A stretch of 64,000 bases of DNA from Nitrososphaerota archaeon (GCA_041641295.1 JBEPYO010000001.1:352001-416000), one strand, 5' to 3'; shown: positions 28,297-38,595, counted from the first letter of the stretch. A program made the numbers and translations. Notes: generated by a model not told the origin, from the sequence alone.

Positions 28297-29387
28297 CCCG
28301 GCCGGTCTCACTCATAGACATGGATGGCTCCGGCCTGTCCCTACTCTTCAGGCTGCTGAAGAATGGGCTACAAGTGCATTATTCCCCGTTCGTAGCTGGC
28401 AGGCGGCTCAAGACTTTGAAAGTCGGTGAGGCGGCGCGTAAACTTGTAGCCAATGCGATAAATAAGGGGCAGCTGAAGGAGGTGAAGACCAGCGAGGCAA
28501 TCTCGAGCTGCGACATACTAGTTATATCGTATATCCACTGGCTTAACTCGGATATTGACAAGAGGGACCTAGCCCACATCTATAGAGAGATATGCGACCA
28601 CGCGGGGAGCAAGACACTACGCATTGTCCAAACCGGGTTACATGAGTTAGGGTTGATGGACTGGCTTGGGACCATTCTGCAGCGCCAAACTAGGGATTGT
28701 AGGCTATTTTACCTACCTTTTACAAGAATATTCAAGGCGAGAGTCCCTGTAGGCGGGCCGCCCATAGACGACCATGTAAGGCCGGTAGTCTCTGCATTGT
28801 GTGGGCGTAAACAGCTGATACCGGGTCTGAGCTATCTCGAAGCTGAAGCTGCGGCTCTTACACAGCTGCTCAGCGAGGCGGCTGCATATGCGGCGGCTGT
28901 GGAGGTTGGCTTGATCCTCTACCGAAGGTATGGTGTCATACAGCCCGAGAACCTGCCCAAGTTCCTGGGGGAGAAGAGGGGAATTCACTGGAGGCGTAGG
29001 CTCGGCGACTCTCTGCTCTTGCTTCTGGAGGAGCTGGAGGGGTCGGAGCTTCAGAGATCCCTAGCCGCTGGAGCAATCTCCAGACTCATTAGAGAGGGTG
29101 ATAAAGTCGTGGTAGACCTCCTCACCAAGTACTTCAAGTCTAAAAAAATGGCGAGGATACTTCTGCTAGGCACGAGCCCTCAGCTGGCAGACAAGATCGG
29201 ACGAAAGTTCAAAGTAGCATACCTACCCCGCTCTGAGCTGGGGTCCAGAAAGACTCCCCAGAAGGTAGATGCAGCTATAGTAGCCGGGGTCGACGCGGGG
29301 ACAATCAGTCTATTGAAAGGGTTATTAAGTGAGGGCGGAGTAATAATTGACTTGAGCCACTTCCGCCTGATTAGGAGCGAGAAGTGA
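28293..29387 (+). CDS. Degenerate UDP-sugar dehydrogenase-like protein
   Basis: Eroded Rossmann start, EAEAAAL where AExxK..N is expected, C-terminal VDAAIV..GGVIIDL. Confidence 0.55.
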   Translation: MTRPVSLIDMDGSGLSLLFRLLKNGLQVHYSPFVAGRRLKTLKVGEAARKLVANAINKGQLKEVKTSEAISSCDILVISYIHWLNSDIDKRDLAHIYREICDHAGSKTLRIVQTGLHELGLMDWLGTILQRQTRDCRLFYLPFTRIFKARVPVGGPPIDDHVRPVVSALCGRKQLIPGLSYLEAEAAALTQLLSEAAAYAAAVEVGLILYRRYGVIQPENLPKFLGEKRGIHWRRRLGDSLLLLLEELEGSELQRSLAAGAISRLIREGDKVVVDLLTKYFKSKKMARILLLGTSPQLADKIGRKFKVAYLPRSELGSRKTPQKVDAAIVAGVDAGTISLLKGLLSEGGVIIDLSHFRLIRSEK

Positions 29388-29394
29388 TTGGGTC

Positions 29395-30393
29395 TTGGGG
29401 CAAGATCGGGTAAGGGTTGCTGTGATTGGGGCCGGGTTTTGGGGTAGAAACCACGCCAGAGTTCTCTCAGAGATTCCTAGCGTCGAGCTCTGCGCAGTTG
29501 TGGACGTAGAGGCTCAGAGGGCTGAACAGGTTGCTAGGAGGTACAACATTCCCAACGTATACACGGACTACAGGAAGATTCTACAAGGAGGGGAGGTTGA
29601 CGCGGTCAGCATCTGCACACCGACAATAACTCACGCCGAGATTGCCTTGGATTGTATTAGAGATGGGGTGGCGGTACTTGTCGAGAAACCTATGGCCGCC
29701 AACCTTAAGGAGGCTATAGAGATCTACGACACGGTTAAATCCTGTGGAGGAAAATTGATGGTCGGCTTTATCGAGAGGTTTAACGCCGCGGTACAGTATA
29801 TGCTCTCCGCTTTATCGGACGGGGTCATAGGCACCCCGCTCACAATAGCTGCCAGAAGGATAGGGCCGTGGCCCGAGAGGATTGGGGATGTCGGCGTAGT
29901 AAAGGACGTCGCCATACACGACATAGACCTGACACACTATTTCTTTGGGAGTACACCCCTGCAAATCTATGCGACGGGAGGAGCGCTCAGGCACAGCTAC
30001 GAGGACTATGTACAGGCGCTGATGTACTTTGACGAGGTGAGGTCGGCCTCGGTGGAGGCTAACTGGCTCTCCTCAAAGAAGAAGAGGGACATGCGGATAA
30101 CCGGGACAGAGGGAGTAGCCCACATAGAGTTTCTCACAGGCGAGGTTATAATCGAGAAGCCCGACTACTCCATAAGCCCCACTATAAACTATGTTGAGCC
30201 TCTGAAGAGCGAGCTCACATACTTTGTCGAGCAGCTCCGCGCCTCTCGGGAGCTTGTGCCGGGGCCGCGGGAGGGCCTGCTCTCCCTGGCAGTCGCCGAG
30301 GCCATACTCAACTCTATGAAGAGTCGCAGAACAGTCTCGCTTGAGCAGGTTCTCGCGGAGTGGGGAATCAGCGGCAAGGAGGCCAAGCTATAG
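29395..30393 (+). CDS. Gfo/Idh/MocA oxidoreductase (WbpB/WlbA-like sugar dehydrogenase)
   Basis: GAGFWG, VEKP, GFIERFN, DVAIHDID. Confidence 0.9.
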   Translation: MGQDRVRVAVIGAGFWGRNHARVLSEIPSVELCAVVDVEAQRAEQVARRYNIPNVYTDYRKILQGGEVDAVSICTPTITHAEIALDCIRDGVAVLVEKPMAANLKEAIEIYDTVKSCGGKLMVGFIERFNAAVQYMLSALSDGVIGTPLTIAARRIGPWPERIGDVGVVKDVAIHDIDLTHYFFGSTPLQIYATGGALRHSYEDYVQALMYFDEVRSASVEANWLSSKKKRDMRITGTEGVAHIEFLTGEVIIEKPDYSISPTINYVEPLKSELTYFVEQLRASRELVPGPREGLLSLAVAEAILNSMKSRRTVSLEQVLAEWGISGKEAKL

Positions 30394-30423
30394 GTATAAT
30401 TCACCCCTCGCCTCCAGTATTCA

Positions 30424-31473
30424 TTGTTGCGGGAGCTGAGGACTCTCTACTGGAAGGGCGGCTCTCTATATCTGCTCGACCAGCGCCTCCTACCGCACAG
30501 GGAGAGGTATGTGAGGTGTAGAGGCTACAGAGACGTGGCCCGCGCTATTAGGGAGATGATTGTCAGAGGTGCTCCGGCTATTGGTGTGGCCGCTGCATAT
30601 GGAATCGTCCTAGCCTGTAAGACTGCGGGCGGCAAGAAGGCCATGCTTGAGGCTCGGATTATGGAGGCTGCTGAGGCAATAAAGTCAACACGGCCCACTG
30701 CAGTGAACCTGTTTTGGGCTGTTGACCGAATGGTAAGACTGGCTAAGGAGGCGATAGAGTCTGGATTAGACGTCTACGAGACTCTTTTACAGGAGGCGAA
30801 CAGGATGGCTGAGGCGGATATCGAGGCCAATAGGCGGATAGGGGAGTATGGGAAGGGGCTTATCCCGGACGGTGCAACTGTCATGACCTACTGTAATGCC
30901 GGCGGGTTGGCTACCGTTGGTTATGGAACGGCGATTGGGGTTATAAGAGCTGCCTTCGAGGGGGGCAAAAAGATCTCCGTGCTTGTCCCCGAGACAAGGC
31001 CGAAGCTTCAAGGAGCCAGGCTCACAGCATATGAGCTGAAGAGACTGGGCATCCCCTACAAGATAATCACAGACAATATGGCCTCCATGTTGATGAGTAT
31101 GGGGAAAGTAGGCTGCATAGTTGTGGGAGCGGACAGGGTACTAGCTAGGACGGGACACGTGGTCAACAAGATCGGCACCCTAGGTCTGGCGATCTCAGCA
31201 AGATATTTCGGAGTACCATTCTATGTAGCGGCGCCCCTCTCCAGCTTCGACTTCGAGAGAAAGCCGGATGAGGTCAAGATCGAGGAGAGAGACGAGCAAG
31301 AGGTTCTTACCATAGCTGGCAAAAGCATCGCCCCACGCGGCTCCAAAGCGGTGAACCTAGCCTTCGACATAACGCCGCCAGAATTGGTCTCCGCCATTAT
31401 CACTGAATACGGCGTCTACGAGCCTAGCGGGCTCATGTTGCTTGAGAAATATGCTCGGCCCCATACTGGGTAG
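30424..31473 (+). CDS. mtnA: Methylthioribose-1-phosphate isomerase
   Basis: VRGAPAIG, RPTAVNL, CNAGGLAT, ETRPKLQGARLTA, NKIGT. Confidence 0.93.
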   Translation: MLRELRTLYWKGGSLYLLDQRLLPHRERYVRCRGYRDVARAIREMIVRGAPAIGVAAAYGIVLACKTAGGKKAMLEARIMEAAEAIKSTRPTAVNLFWAVDRMVRLAKEAIESGLDVYETLLQEANRMAEADIEANRRIGEYGKGLIPDGATVMTYCNAGGLATVGYGTAIGVIRAAFEGGKKISVLVPETRPKLQGARLTAYELKRLGIPYKIITDNMASMLMSMGKVGCIVVGADRVLARTGHVVNKIGTLGLAISARYFGVPFYVAAPLSSFDFERKPDEVKIEERDEQEVLTIAGKSIAPRGSKAVNLAFDITPPELVSAIITEYGVYEPSGLMLLEKYARPHTG

Positions 31474-32719
31474 CGGCCATTCTCACCCAGTTGTATAGGG
31501 CTTCGTGGGGTAGTTGGACGGTCATGCTACCTTTCGTGAGCGATATGATCTGCTGGACGCAGGTCTCGCTATAGGACAAGACGGTCCCACTAGATCCGAG
31601 CCTTCTCAACAATTTGCCACCGATCTCTATGGAGAGTTCCCTATTCTTTCTGAAGAGGCCCCAGAGGCCACCTGATCCGCAGCACTCTGACACCACTCCT
31701 CCTACATGGGCCCCGAGTTTCTGGAAGGAGCTGGAGATTTGGCTGGTTAGGCGGAGGTATTGGGAGAGGCACGTAGAGTGTAGGACGAAGCTAAGGCCGC
31801 TGAGGTTGGCGGAAAGCCTCCCAGATTCCACTAGGCTGTTGATGAGCTCGTTTATGTCTACCACTGCATCTGAGACGGCCCTACTCTTCTCGCTGTCCAA
31901 GAGTTTTGGGTATACCTCCCTCAGCATGAGGGTGGAGGCGGGGGATGTGCAGAGAATCCTTCTCCCCTTTTCAACCTCCTCTGATAAACTCTCAACATTC
32001 CGTACCGCGAGTTTCTCCACCTTGTCCCATAGGCCGAGCTCCCAGAATATCACTCCCGAATCATATTGCCGAGGATATACTAGCTCGATTTCAGCGGTTC
32101 TGAGCAGCATCCTTGCGGAGACACCGATACTCGGTTTGACGAACCTCGCATAGGTGTCAGAGAAATACGCGAGAGTTTGATACCCAGGCCTTGGCGTGCT
32201 ATTCTTAAAATGCTTGTCGAGCGTTCCACCCTCAGGTATAGGGAGTGGAGCGTCGTCTGCGAAATCCCCCACGCGTTTAAACAACCACAGAAGAGGCTTT
32301 CCAAGCAGTATTCTCCTGAGGGGGGCTGGAGTCCTTGATAGGTATTTCACAACCGGCTCATAGTTCGCCACCACCCACTCACCCCTGCTCAACGATTTTC
32401 CTCCAACGGCAACCGTGTAGGCGCGCCTATAGCTTGACATGACGGTTGGAATCGGGATACGGGCCGGGCAGACGCTTACACATCTCTGACAACCTATGCA
32501 CAGGTCGATCAGCTCCTTGAAGCGCGGAGTAAATGGATATGGTGTCCCATTCTCAAGACTTGACTGGAGCAACACAAGCCTGCCCCTACTAGTCCTTGAG
32601 GGGATGTGCCCGATACTGCTCAGAGTTGTAGGGCAGACCGAGTTGCAGAATCCACACCTTATGCATCTCTCAGCCTCATCGGCATAAACCCCCATCAGCT
32701 CTCTAAGCCTGCTCGACAA
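31433..32719 (-). CDS. GlpC/GlcF-like Fe-S oxidoreductase subunit
   Basis: Two CxxCxxCxxxCP ferredoxin motifs and CCG domains (ECCGSGG). Confidence 0.8.
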   Translation of the reverse strand: MSSRLRELMGVYADEAERCIRCGFCNSVCPTTLSSIGHIPSRTSRGRLVLLQSSLENGTPYPFTPRFKELIDLCIGCQRCVSVCPARIPIPTVMSSYRRAYTVAVGGKSLSRGEWVVANYEPVVKYLSRTPAPLRRILLGKPLLWLFKRVGDFADDAPLPIPEGGTLDKHFKNSTPRPGYQTLAYFSDTYARFVKPSIGVSARMLLRTAEIELVYPRQYDSGVIFWELGLWDKVEKLAVRNVESLSEEVEKGRRILCTSPASTLMLREVYPKLLDSEKSRAVSDAVVDINELINSLVESGRLSANLSGLSFVLHSTCLSQYLRLTSQISSSFQKLGAHVGGVVSECCGSGGLWGLFRKNRELSIEIGGKLLRRLGSSGTVLSYSETCVQQIISLTKGSMTVQLPHEALYNWVRMAATQYGAEHISQAT

Positions 32720-32779
32720 TCCGAGAGACCAACTGATGACGGGCTTAATCGTCCTAAAAACCGTTCCATAGCAACACTT

Positions 32780-32818
32780 GCCGGGATAATCTCGAGGGGG
32801 CGCGGATTATCTCCCGGC
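32780..32818. repeat. Inverted repeat between divergent glpC-like and rpl3 promoters
   Basis: GCCGGGATAATC-N13-GATTATCTCCCGGC; core GATAATC/GATTATC is perfect. Confidence 0.6.
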
Positions 32819-32871
32819 TTCAGGTTTATAACTCCGGCAGATATAAACAGTCTCAGCCAAGTGAGCGAAGA

Positions 32872-33873
32872 ATGGGGCATAGGAAATACTCCGCTCCGAG
32901 GAGAGGGTCTCTGGCATACTCGCCAAGGCGGAGAGCCAAGTCTCCACTCCCCCGCGTCAACTTCTGGCCAGAGAGGAAAGACGGGATAGGCCTCACAGGA
33001 TTCATAGCCTACAAGTTGGGGATGGTCACGACCTTCATGGTTGATGATATTCCCGGTTCACCGACACAGGGGACTGAGGTTGCTACGGGGTGTACTGTAC
33101 TTGCCGCCCCACCGCTTCACATCATCGGCGTCGTACTTCTTAAGAGGGAGAATGGTTATCTGGTGGAGATCGGCCGGCACATAATCAGCGACCTGCCTCC
33201 TGAGGTTAGAGAACGTGTAAGAGGCGTCTCACCCACCTCAGTCGGTGTTGATGAGCTGAGATCTCTCCTTGGCAAGGCCGCACAGGTCAGGGCCCTCGCT
33301 GCATCCTATCCGAGAGAGGCTGGCCTCTCCCAAAAGAAGGCCATCATCCTTTCAATACCTGTTTCGGGAGGCGTCGAAGAGGCCTTCAACTATGTTGTAG
33401 AGAGGCTGGGTAAGCGTCTGCCGGTCGAGGAGGTCTTCAGGGAGGGCGAGTTTATCGATGTTGTAGGCGTTACTAAGGGTCATGGATTCCAAGGGGTTGT
33501 GAGGAGGTTTGGCGTCAAGATTCTTCCGCGTAAGCAGAGGAAGACTAGGAGGGCGGTCGGAGCTATTGGCGGAAGGAGCCCCAAGTATGTCACTAGGTTT
33601 GTCCCCCGCGCTGGGCAGATGGGGTTCCACTACAGGACAGAGTTCAATAAGAGAGTTGTTAAGATCTGGCCCGATGGCCAGGCCCCTGTTCCAAAGGGTG
33701 GATACATACGGGCTCCTCCACCCAAGTGCCCTGCGATCGCTCTGCTGGGTTCCGTGATGGGGACGCCCAAGAGGCCTGTGGTTCTCAGGACTCCCGCGCG
33801 GCATCCCCGCTACAGCCTCGGAGCACCAAAGCTCTCAGCCATAATGTATGCAGGCGAGGTGTTGGCGTCTTGA
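32872..33873 (+). CDS. rpl3: 50S ribosomal protein L3
   Basis: APRRGSLAYSPRRR, TKGHGFQG, GQMGFHYRTE. Confidence 0.97.
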   Translation: MGHRKYSAPRRGSLAYSPRRRAKSPLPRVNFWPERKDGIGLTGFIAYKLGMVTTFMVDDIPGSPTQGTEVATGCTVLAAPPLHIIGVVLLKRENGYLVEIGRHIISDLPPEVRERVRGVSPTSVGVDELRSLLGKAAQVRALAASYPREAGLSQKKAIILSIPVSGGVEEAFNYVVERLGKRLPVEEVFREGEFIDVVGVTKGHGFQGVVRRFGVKILPRKQRKTRRAVGAIGGRSPKYVTRFVPRAGQMGFHYRTEFNKRVVKIWPDGQAPVPKGGYIRAPPPKCPAIALLGSVMGTPKRPVVLRTPARHPRYSLGAPKLSAIMYAGEVLAS

Positions 33874-34706
33874 CGCTCTTAGGCCAGCTTTTGAAGTCTG
33901 AGCAGGTCGTTGTCTCAGTGAAGGGGCTTGACGGCTCAAGCCGAGGCGAGGTCACCCTCCCCCGCATATTCTCTGCGAAGCTGAGGGCAGATCTGGTTCG
34001 GAGGGTGTATATTCACCTACTTTCTCACAGGTTCCAGCCTAAGGGCGCGTGGAAGGGTTCTGGCCACAAGTACTCGGTGGAGTCGCTCGGGCCGGGCTAT
34101 GGAATGGCGAGGATAGCTCGGCTCAAGGTGGAGGGGACTGGAAAGGCGAGGGGTGGAGGGTTTGTTCCGACGGCTGTAGGTGGAAGGCCGACCCACCCGC
34201 CAACGCCTGAGAAGAAGATACACAAGAATATCAACGAGAAGGAGAAGAGGGCAGCCTTAGCCTCAGCCATCGCATTCACCGCAAGCATCCAGCACGTGAG
34301 GGCGAGGGGGCATCGAATCCCTGACGGGATACAGCTACCCATCGTCATAGAGGACTCCCTCGCATCTGTAAAGAAGACCGCAGATTTGCTGAAGGTTCTT
34401 AATGCATTAGGGTTGGGCGAGGAGCTTGAGAGGTGTCGCGAAGTCAAGATTAGAGCGGGCAAAGGTAAGAGGAGAGGGAGGCGCTACAAGAGGAGGAGGG
34501 GGCCACTCCTGGTGGTCCACGCTGATGAGGGTGTTTCTAAGGCGGCCGAGAACATTCCGGGGCTGGATGTTGTCTTGGCTAAGGACTTGAGCGTACTAGA
34601 CCTCGCGCCAGGCGGCCACCCAGGCAGACTAACCATATACACTCTAAATTCTCTCCCCGTGCTCGAGAGGAGGTTGTTGGGTGATGGATCCACAGGCGGT
34701 GATTAA
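33870..34706 (+). CDS. rpl4: 50S ribosomal protein L4
   Basis: [32 protein letters not shown]; TTG start overlapping the rpl3 stop. Confidence 0.96.
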   Translation: MTLLGQLLKSEQVVVSVKGLDGSSRGEVTLPRIFSAKLRADLVRRVYIHLLSHRFQPKGAWKGSGHKYSVESLGPGYGMARIARLKVEGTGKARGGGFVPTAVGGRPTHPPTPEKKIHKNINEKEKRAALASAIAFTASIQHVRARGHRIPDGIQLPIVIEDSLASVKKTADLLKVLNALGLGEELERCREVKIRAGKGKRRGRRYKRRRGPLLVVHADEGVSKAAENIPGLDVVLAKDLSVLDLAPGGHPGRLTIYTLNSLPVLERRLLGDGSTGGD

Positions 34707-34944
34707 GAGGCTCGTAGTAACACAGGATGCTGTCTCGTTGATAGAGAGGGAGAATAAGCTGACATTTATTGTGGATAATAATGCGACTAAGAGGGATATC
34801 AAGATGGCTGTGGAGAGGATTTATGAGGTCAAGGTTGAGAAGGTTAACACGCTCATCACTCCGCGGGGTGAGAAGAAGGCGTTTGTCAAGCTGGCGCCTG
34901 ACTACAAGGCCTCCGACATCGCTACGAGGCTGGGGGTCTTTTAG
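34681..34944 (+). CDS. rpl23: 50S ribosomal protein L23
   Basis: [22 protein letters not shown]. Confidence 0.96.
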   Translation: MMDPQAVIKRLVVTQDAVSLIERENKLTFIVDNNATKRDIKMAVERIYEVKVEKVNTLITPRGEKKAFVKLAPDYKASDIATRLGVF

Positions 34945-34955
34945 GGTGATTCTCC

Positions 34956-35672
34956 ATGCCTAGGCGTATCAGGGCCCAGAGGATTGGGCGCGGCTCTCCG
35001 ACCTATGTGGCTAGTATTCAGAGGCACTTCGAGGTGGGGATACCTCCAGAGCTGCCCAGGAATGGTGAGCTGATAACTGGGTATGTTAGGGATATACTTC
35101 ACGATCCGGGTAGGGGTGCACCAGTAGCTGAGGTTGAGGTGGACAACAAGGTCTTCTACATCCCCGCTGTCCAAGGAATGTATGTGGGCCAGAGGATAGA
35201 GATTGGGAGCAGGGCAACCCCCTCCGTGGGAAACATTCTGCCGGTGGGTGCTCTGCCTGAGGGTGCGATAGTCTCTACTGTTGAGCTCAGGCCGGGGGAT
35301 GGGGGAGTGCTGGCCAGGTCGTCGGGGGCATACGCATCGGTCATCTCTCAACTGGGCGACAAGACGATCATCCGGCTGCCCTCGAGAAAGCTGGTTGAGT
35401 TGAGCGGAAAGTGTCTCGCCGTAGTCGGGGTAGTCGCCGGAGGCGGTAGGGTGGATAAGCCTATGCTCAAGGCTGGGAAGAAGTACTGGTTGATGAAGGC
35501 GAAGCACAGGCCCTATCCGAGGGTTAGGGGTGTGGCGATGGTTCCGGCCAGACACCCATTCGGCGGAGGAAGTCACAAGAAGATTGGACGGCCTGAGACC
35601 GTTAAGAGGACTGCTCCACCCGGGAGGAAGGTCGGCCTAATCGCTGCGAGGCGTACGGGGAGGAAGAAGTAG
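34956..35672 (+). CDS. rpl2: 50S ribosomal protein L2
   Basis: HDPGRGAP, VRGVAM..HPFGGG, PGRKVGLIAARRTG. Confidence 0.97.
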   Translation: MPRRIRAQRIGRGSPTYVASIQRHFEVGIPPELPRNGELITGYVRDILHDPGRGAPVAEVEVDNKVFYIPAVQGMYVGQRIEIGSRATPSVGNILPVGALPEGAIVSTVELRPGDGGVLARSSGAYASVISQLGDKTIIRLPSRKLVELSGKCLAVVGVVAGGGRVDKPMLKAGKKYWLMKAKHRPYPRVRGVAMVPARHPFGGGSHKKIGRPETVKRTAPPGRKVGLIAARRTGRKK

Positions 35673-35678
35673 CCAGCC

Positions 35679-36998
35679 CTAGGTTGTCCCCAGCTGCCAC
35701 TCTCTGAGATACTTTAACTGCTCATCGGTCAGAGACTCGAGTTTCACGCCCATGGATGCAAGCTTCTCCCGCGCAACCATGTCATCTATCTCCTGTGGAA
35801 GGAGGTAGACCCGCCTCTCAAGCCTCCCGCGATTCTCTACCAAATGCTTGACAGCGAGAGCTTGGAGGGAGAAGCTTAGATCCATCACCTCTGGGGGATG
35901 ACCCTCGGCAGCCACAAGGTTCACAAGCCTTCCATCAGCCAGCAGATAAATCTCACGACCATCACGGAGAGAGTACTTTGTTATGAGGTCGGATACTCTC
36001 TCTACTCGGATGGAGAGCTTGGCGAGGTCCCGCTTAGAAATCTCGACGTCGTAGTGTCCCGCGTTAGCCAGTATGGCCCCGCTCTTCATCTTCAGGAAGT
36101 GTTCTTCACGAATCACGTTGATGTCTCCTGTCGCTGTGATGAATATGTCGCCTATTGCCGCCGCCTCGCTCATGTCCGTGACTCTGAAGCCGTTCATGGC
36201 CGCCATCAGGGCCCTGACGGGTGAGGGCTCGACGACTATGACCTCACAGCCCATCCCCCTAGCCCTCATCGCTATTCCGGAGCCCACCTGCCCATAACCC
36301 GCAACCACAACCCTCTTTCCCGCTAGCAGGATTCCTGTAGCCCTCATGATACCGTCCAAGACGGACTGTCCGGTCCCGATCGGGTTGTCGAAGAGCCTCT
36401 TTGTGGGCGAGTCGTTCACGGCTATGATGGGGTATAGTAGCAGGCCTTGTGCCTCAAGCGACCTGAGCCTAGTTACGCCCGTAGTCGTCTCCTCAGTCCC
36501 ACCGTAGATGTGGGAGCAAGACCCCACTGGGTCGTCTAAGACCTTAGTAGCCCAAGACACACTCTCATCCCTCATACCGTGCAAGATCTTGTGTACAGTC
36601 GAGGTCAGGTCAGCACCGTCGTCGATCGTGATGGAGGGCTTCAGCTTGAGCGTCCACCCTATACACTCATAATATTCCTGAGGGCTCATACCACGGATGG
36701 CGTAGACCTTCACACCCTTGGAAGCGAGGGCTGCTGCAACATCATCCTGCGTGCTAAGGGGGTTAGAGGCGCAGAGAGCCACCTCAGCCCCTCCAGCCCT
36801 AAGCGTCTCAACCAAGACAGCAGTCTCCTTAGTAACATGAAGACAAGCCGCAATCCTCACACCCTCAAGAGGCCTCTCCTCAGCAAACCTCCTCCTAATC
36901 GAGAGACAAACAGGCATCAGCCTCTCAGCCCAAGCAATCCTCCTCAACCCCTGATCCGCAATCCCCAAATCCCTAACCCAAAAATCCCCCACAGCCAT
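35679..36998 (-). CDS. ahcY: S-adenosylhomocysteine hydrolase
   Basis: [36 protein letters not shown]. Confidence 0.96.
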   Translation of the reverse strand: MAVGDFWVRDLGIADQGLRRIAWAERLMPVCLSIRRRFAEERPLEGVRIAACLHVTKETAVLVETLRAGGAEVALCASNPLSTQDDVAAALASKGVKVYAIRGMSPQEYYECIGWTLKLKPSITIDDGADLTSTVHKILHGMRDESVSWATKVLDDPVGSCSHIYGGTEETTTGVTRLRSLEAQGLLLYPIIAVNDSPTKRLFDNPIGTGQSVLDGIMRATGILLAGKRVVVAGYGQVGSGIAMRARGMGCEVIVVEPSPVRALMAAMNGFRVTDMSEAAAIGDIFITATGDINVIREEHFLKMKSGAILANAGHYDVEISKRDLAKLSIRVERVSDLITKYSLRDGREIYLLADGRLVNLVAAEGHPPEVMDLSFSLQALAVKHLVENRGRLERRVYLLPQEIDDMVAREKLASMGVKLESLTDEQLKYLREWQLGTT

Positions 36999-37042
36999 CT
37001 CCCACCAAACACAACTCACAACCTAATAAAGAAGACAACGTA

Positions 37043-37106
37043 TAAGCGCTCAGTCATGAGTAGAACCGCATCAGAGCCCACACCAAACCTCTTCAACATC
37101 CGCCTA
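37043..37106 (-). ncRNA. Possible box C/D sRNA with degenerate boxes
   Basis: TAGGCG-G-ATGTTGA...CTGATGC...CTGA-G-CGCTTA; 6-bp terminal stem with one G-U; target not identified. Confidence 0.3.
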
Positions 37107-37237
37107 GCATGGCGAGTTAAGTCCCTATTATTATTGGATGGCGCTACTATAGAACAGCTGGAGACTGAGAGTGGAGATGCGTCTCTTGGGCTGGTTGTGG
37201 AGACTTATTAACTGGGGTGTGGCTCAGTCATGGTGGC

Positions 37238-37663
37238 ATGGAGCTGGCTTCGAGGGAGGCATATGAGAAGATGCTTGACAGGGTCTTGTCTAGGGTGCAG
37301 TCCAGCAGGGCTGATCGAGGGGAGCGGACCATCTCGCTCACACCGGAGATAATCCACGAGCATAGGCAGACAATCATTGCAAACTTCAAGCAGCTTGCGG
37401 ATGCTCTGGGTCGGGAGCCCCAGCACCTGGCCCGCTTCATATTCAAGGAGACGGGTAGGCCTGGAACGCTGGATGGTGAGAGAGCAATCTTGAGCGGACG
37501 GGTTGGTGATGAGGAGCTGGGGAAGCTCCTCCAGCTCTACTTTAAGGAGTTTGTCAAGTGCCCAGTCTGTGGGGGTATCGACACGAAGATAGTCTCGGAG
37601 AAGAGGTTCAGGTTCTTAGTCTGTGAAATATGCGGCGCTAAGACTCCTATCAGGAAGATATAG
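37238..37663 (+). CDS. eif2b: Translation initiation factor 2 beta subunit
   Basis: YEKMLDR, TIIANF, CPVC..DT..CEICGA Zn ribbon. Confidence 0.93.
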   Translation: MELASREAYEKMLDRVLSRVQSSRADRGERTISLTPEIIHEHRQTIIANFKQLADALGREPQHLARFIFKETGRPGTLDGERAILSGRVGDEELGKLLQLYFKEFVKCPVCGGIDTKIVSEKRFRFLVCEICGAKTPIRKI

Positions 37664-37674
37664 CACGTCGGCTG

Positions 37675-37842
37675 CTAGTCAGGCCAGCCTCCACAGGCAC
37701 AGAAGCCGAACACATCTATTCTGCATCCACAGACCTCGCAGTAGCCCAGACCATATGAAACCTCATCCACTGGAACACCGAAGATATAGTCATGCTCATC
37801 TGAAAGCTCACGGCATATTTCATACACCATATCATCACCCAT
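37675..37842 (-). CDS. Small acidic Cys-rich protein (55 aa), not in ORF track
   Basis: MGDDMVYEICRELSDEHDYIFGVPVDEVSYGLGYCEVCGCRIDVFGFCACGGWPD; ATG to TAG; CxxC..CxC; TTTTAT upstream. Confidence 0.7.
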   Translation of the reverse strand: MGDDMVYEICRELSDEHDYIFGVPVDEVSYGLGYCEVCGCRIDVFGFCACGGWPD

Positions 37843-38010
37843 GAACAATGACCATCCCCATAAAAGTACACGCGTACATGGTTATCTGTTTTATACGCCC
37901 CTCCCCCCTCTTTAAACCCGCCTGACATACTCGGATACGGCTCTTTGGTTTGGCTGAGTGCCCCTTTTTAAAGCCTTAAATACCCCTGCCAAGCTTTATA
38001 AAGCTCAGGG

Positions 38011-38595
38011 TTGGAACAGAAATATCCCGAACCTACAATCGAGATACAAAACGTTGTCGCCTCCGTCACCCTGAACCAGAGGCTGGACTTGAATGCTATT
38101 CAAAACGCGTTTCCTGAGGCCGAGTACAAGCCCGCCCAGTTCCCAGGCCTCGTCTTCAGGCTTGCCAAGCCTAAGACAGCGACACTGATCTTCAGTAGTG
38201 GGAAGATGGTCTGTACAGGTGCTAAGAGTGAGGAGGAGGCTGTCAAGGCCGTCAAGATTGTAGTGAAGCTTCTGAAGAGGGAGAACTTCCTGATTAAGGA
38301 GGAGCCGATAATCGAGATCCAGAACATCGTGGCCTCGATAGACCTCCACGGGAGGATAAACCTCATCCAAGCCGCCCAATCCCTTGAGAATGTAATGTAT
38401 GAGCCGGAGCAGTTCCCCGGATTGATCTACAGGATGTCGAGTCCTAAGGTTGTGATACTCATGTTTGCGAGCGGCAAGCTGGTCTGTACCGGTGCTAAGT
38501 ATGAGAAGGAGGTCTATGAAGCGATACGTATCCTGAGGAACGAGCTTATCGAGAAGGGGCTTATCACCTATATGGTCCAGTCGCAGGGAGTCTGA
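38011..38595 (+). CDS. tbp: TATA-box binding protein
   Basis: Two TBP repeats (IQNVVAS/IQNIVAS, QFPGL, FSSGKMVCTGAK); TTG start. Confidence 0.98.
   Translation: MEQKYPEPTIEIQNVVASVTLNQRLDLNAIQNAFPEAEYKPAQFPGLVFRLAKPKTATLIFSSGKMVCTGAKSEEEAVKAVKIVVKLLKRENFLIKEEPIIEIQNIVASIDLHGRINLIQAAQSLENVMYEPEQFPGLIYRMSSPKVVILMFASGKLVCTGAKYEKEVYEAIRILRNELIEKGLITYMVQSQGV

Noticed and set aside
32743-32765. CTGATGA suggesting a hammerhead ribozyme, fluoride riboswitch or C box
   Set aside because: Partner motifs (GAAA core, riboswitch pseudoknot, D box) not found
37716-37928. 70-aa ORF-track call
   Set aside because: The overlapping frame 37675-37842 gives a far more protein-like Cys-motif sequence
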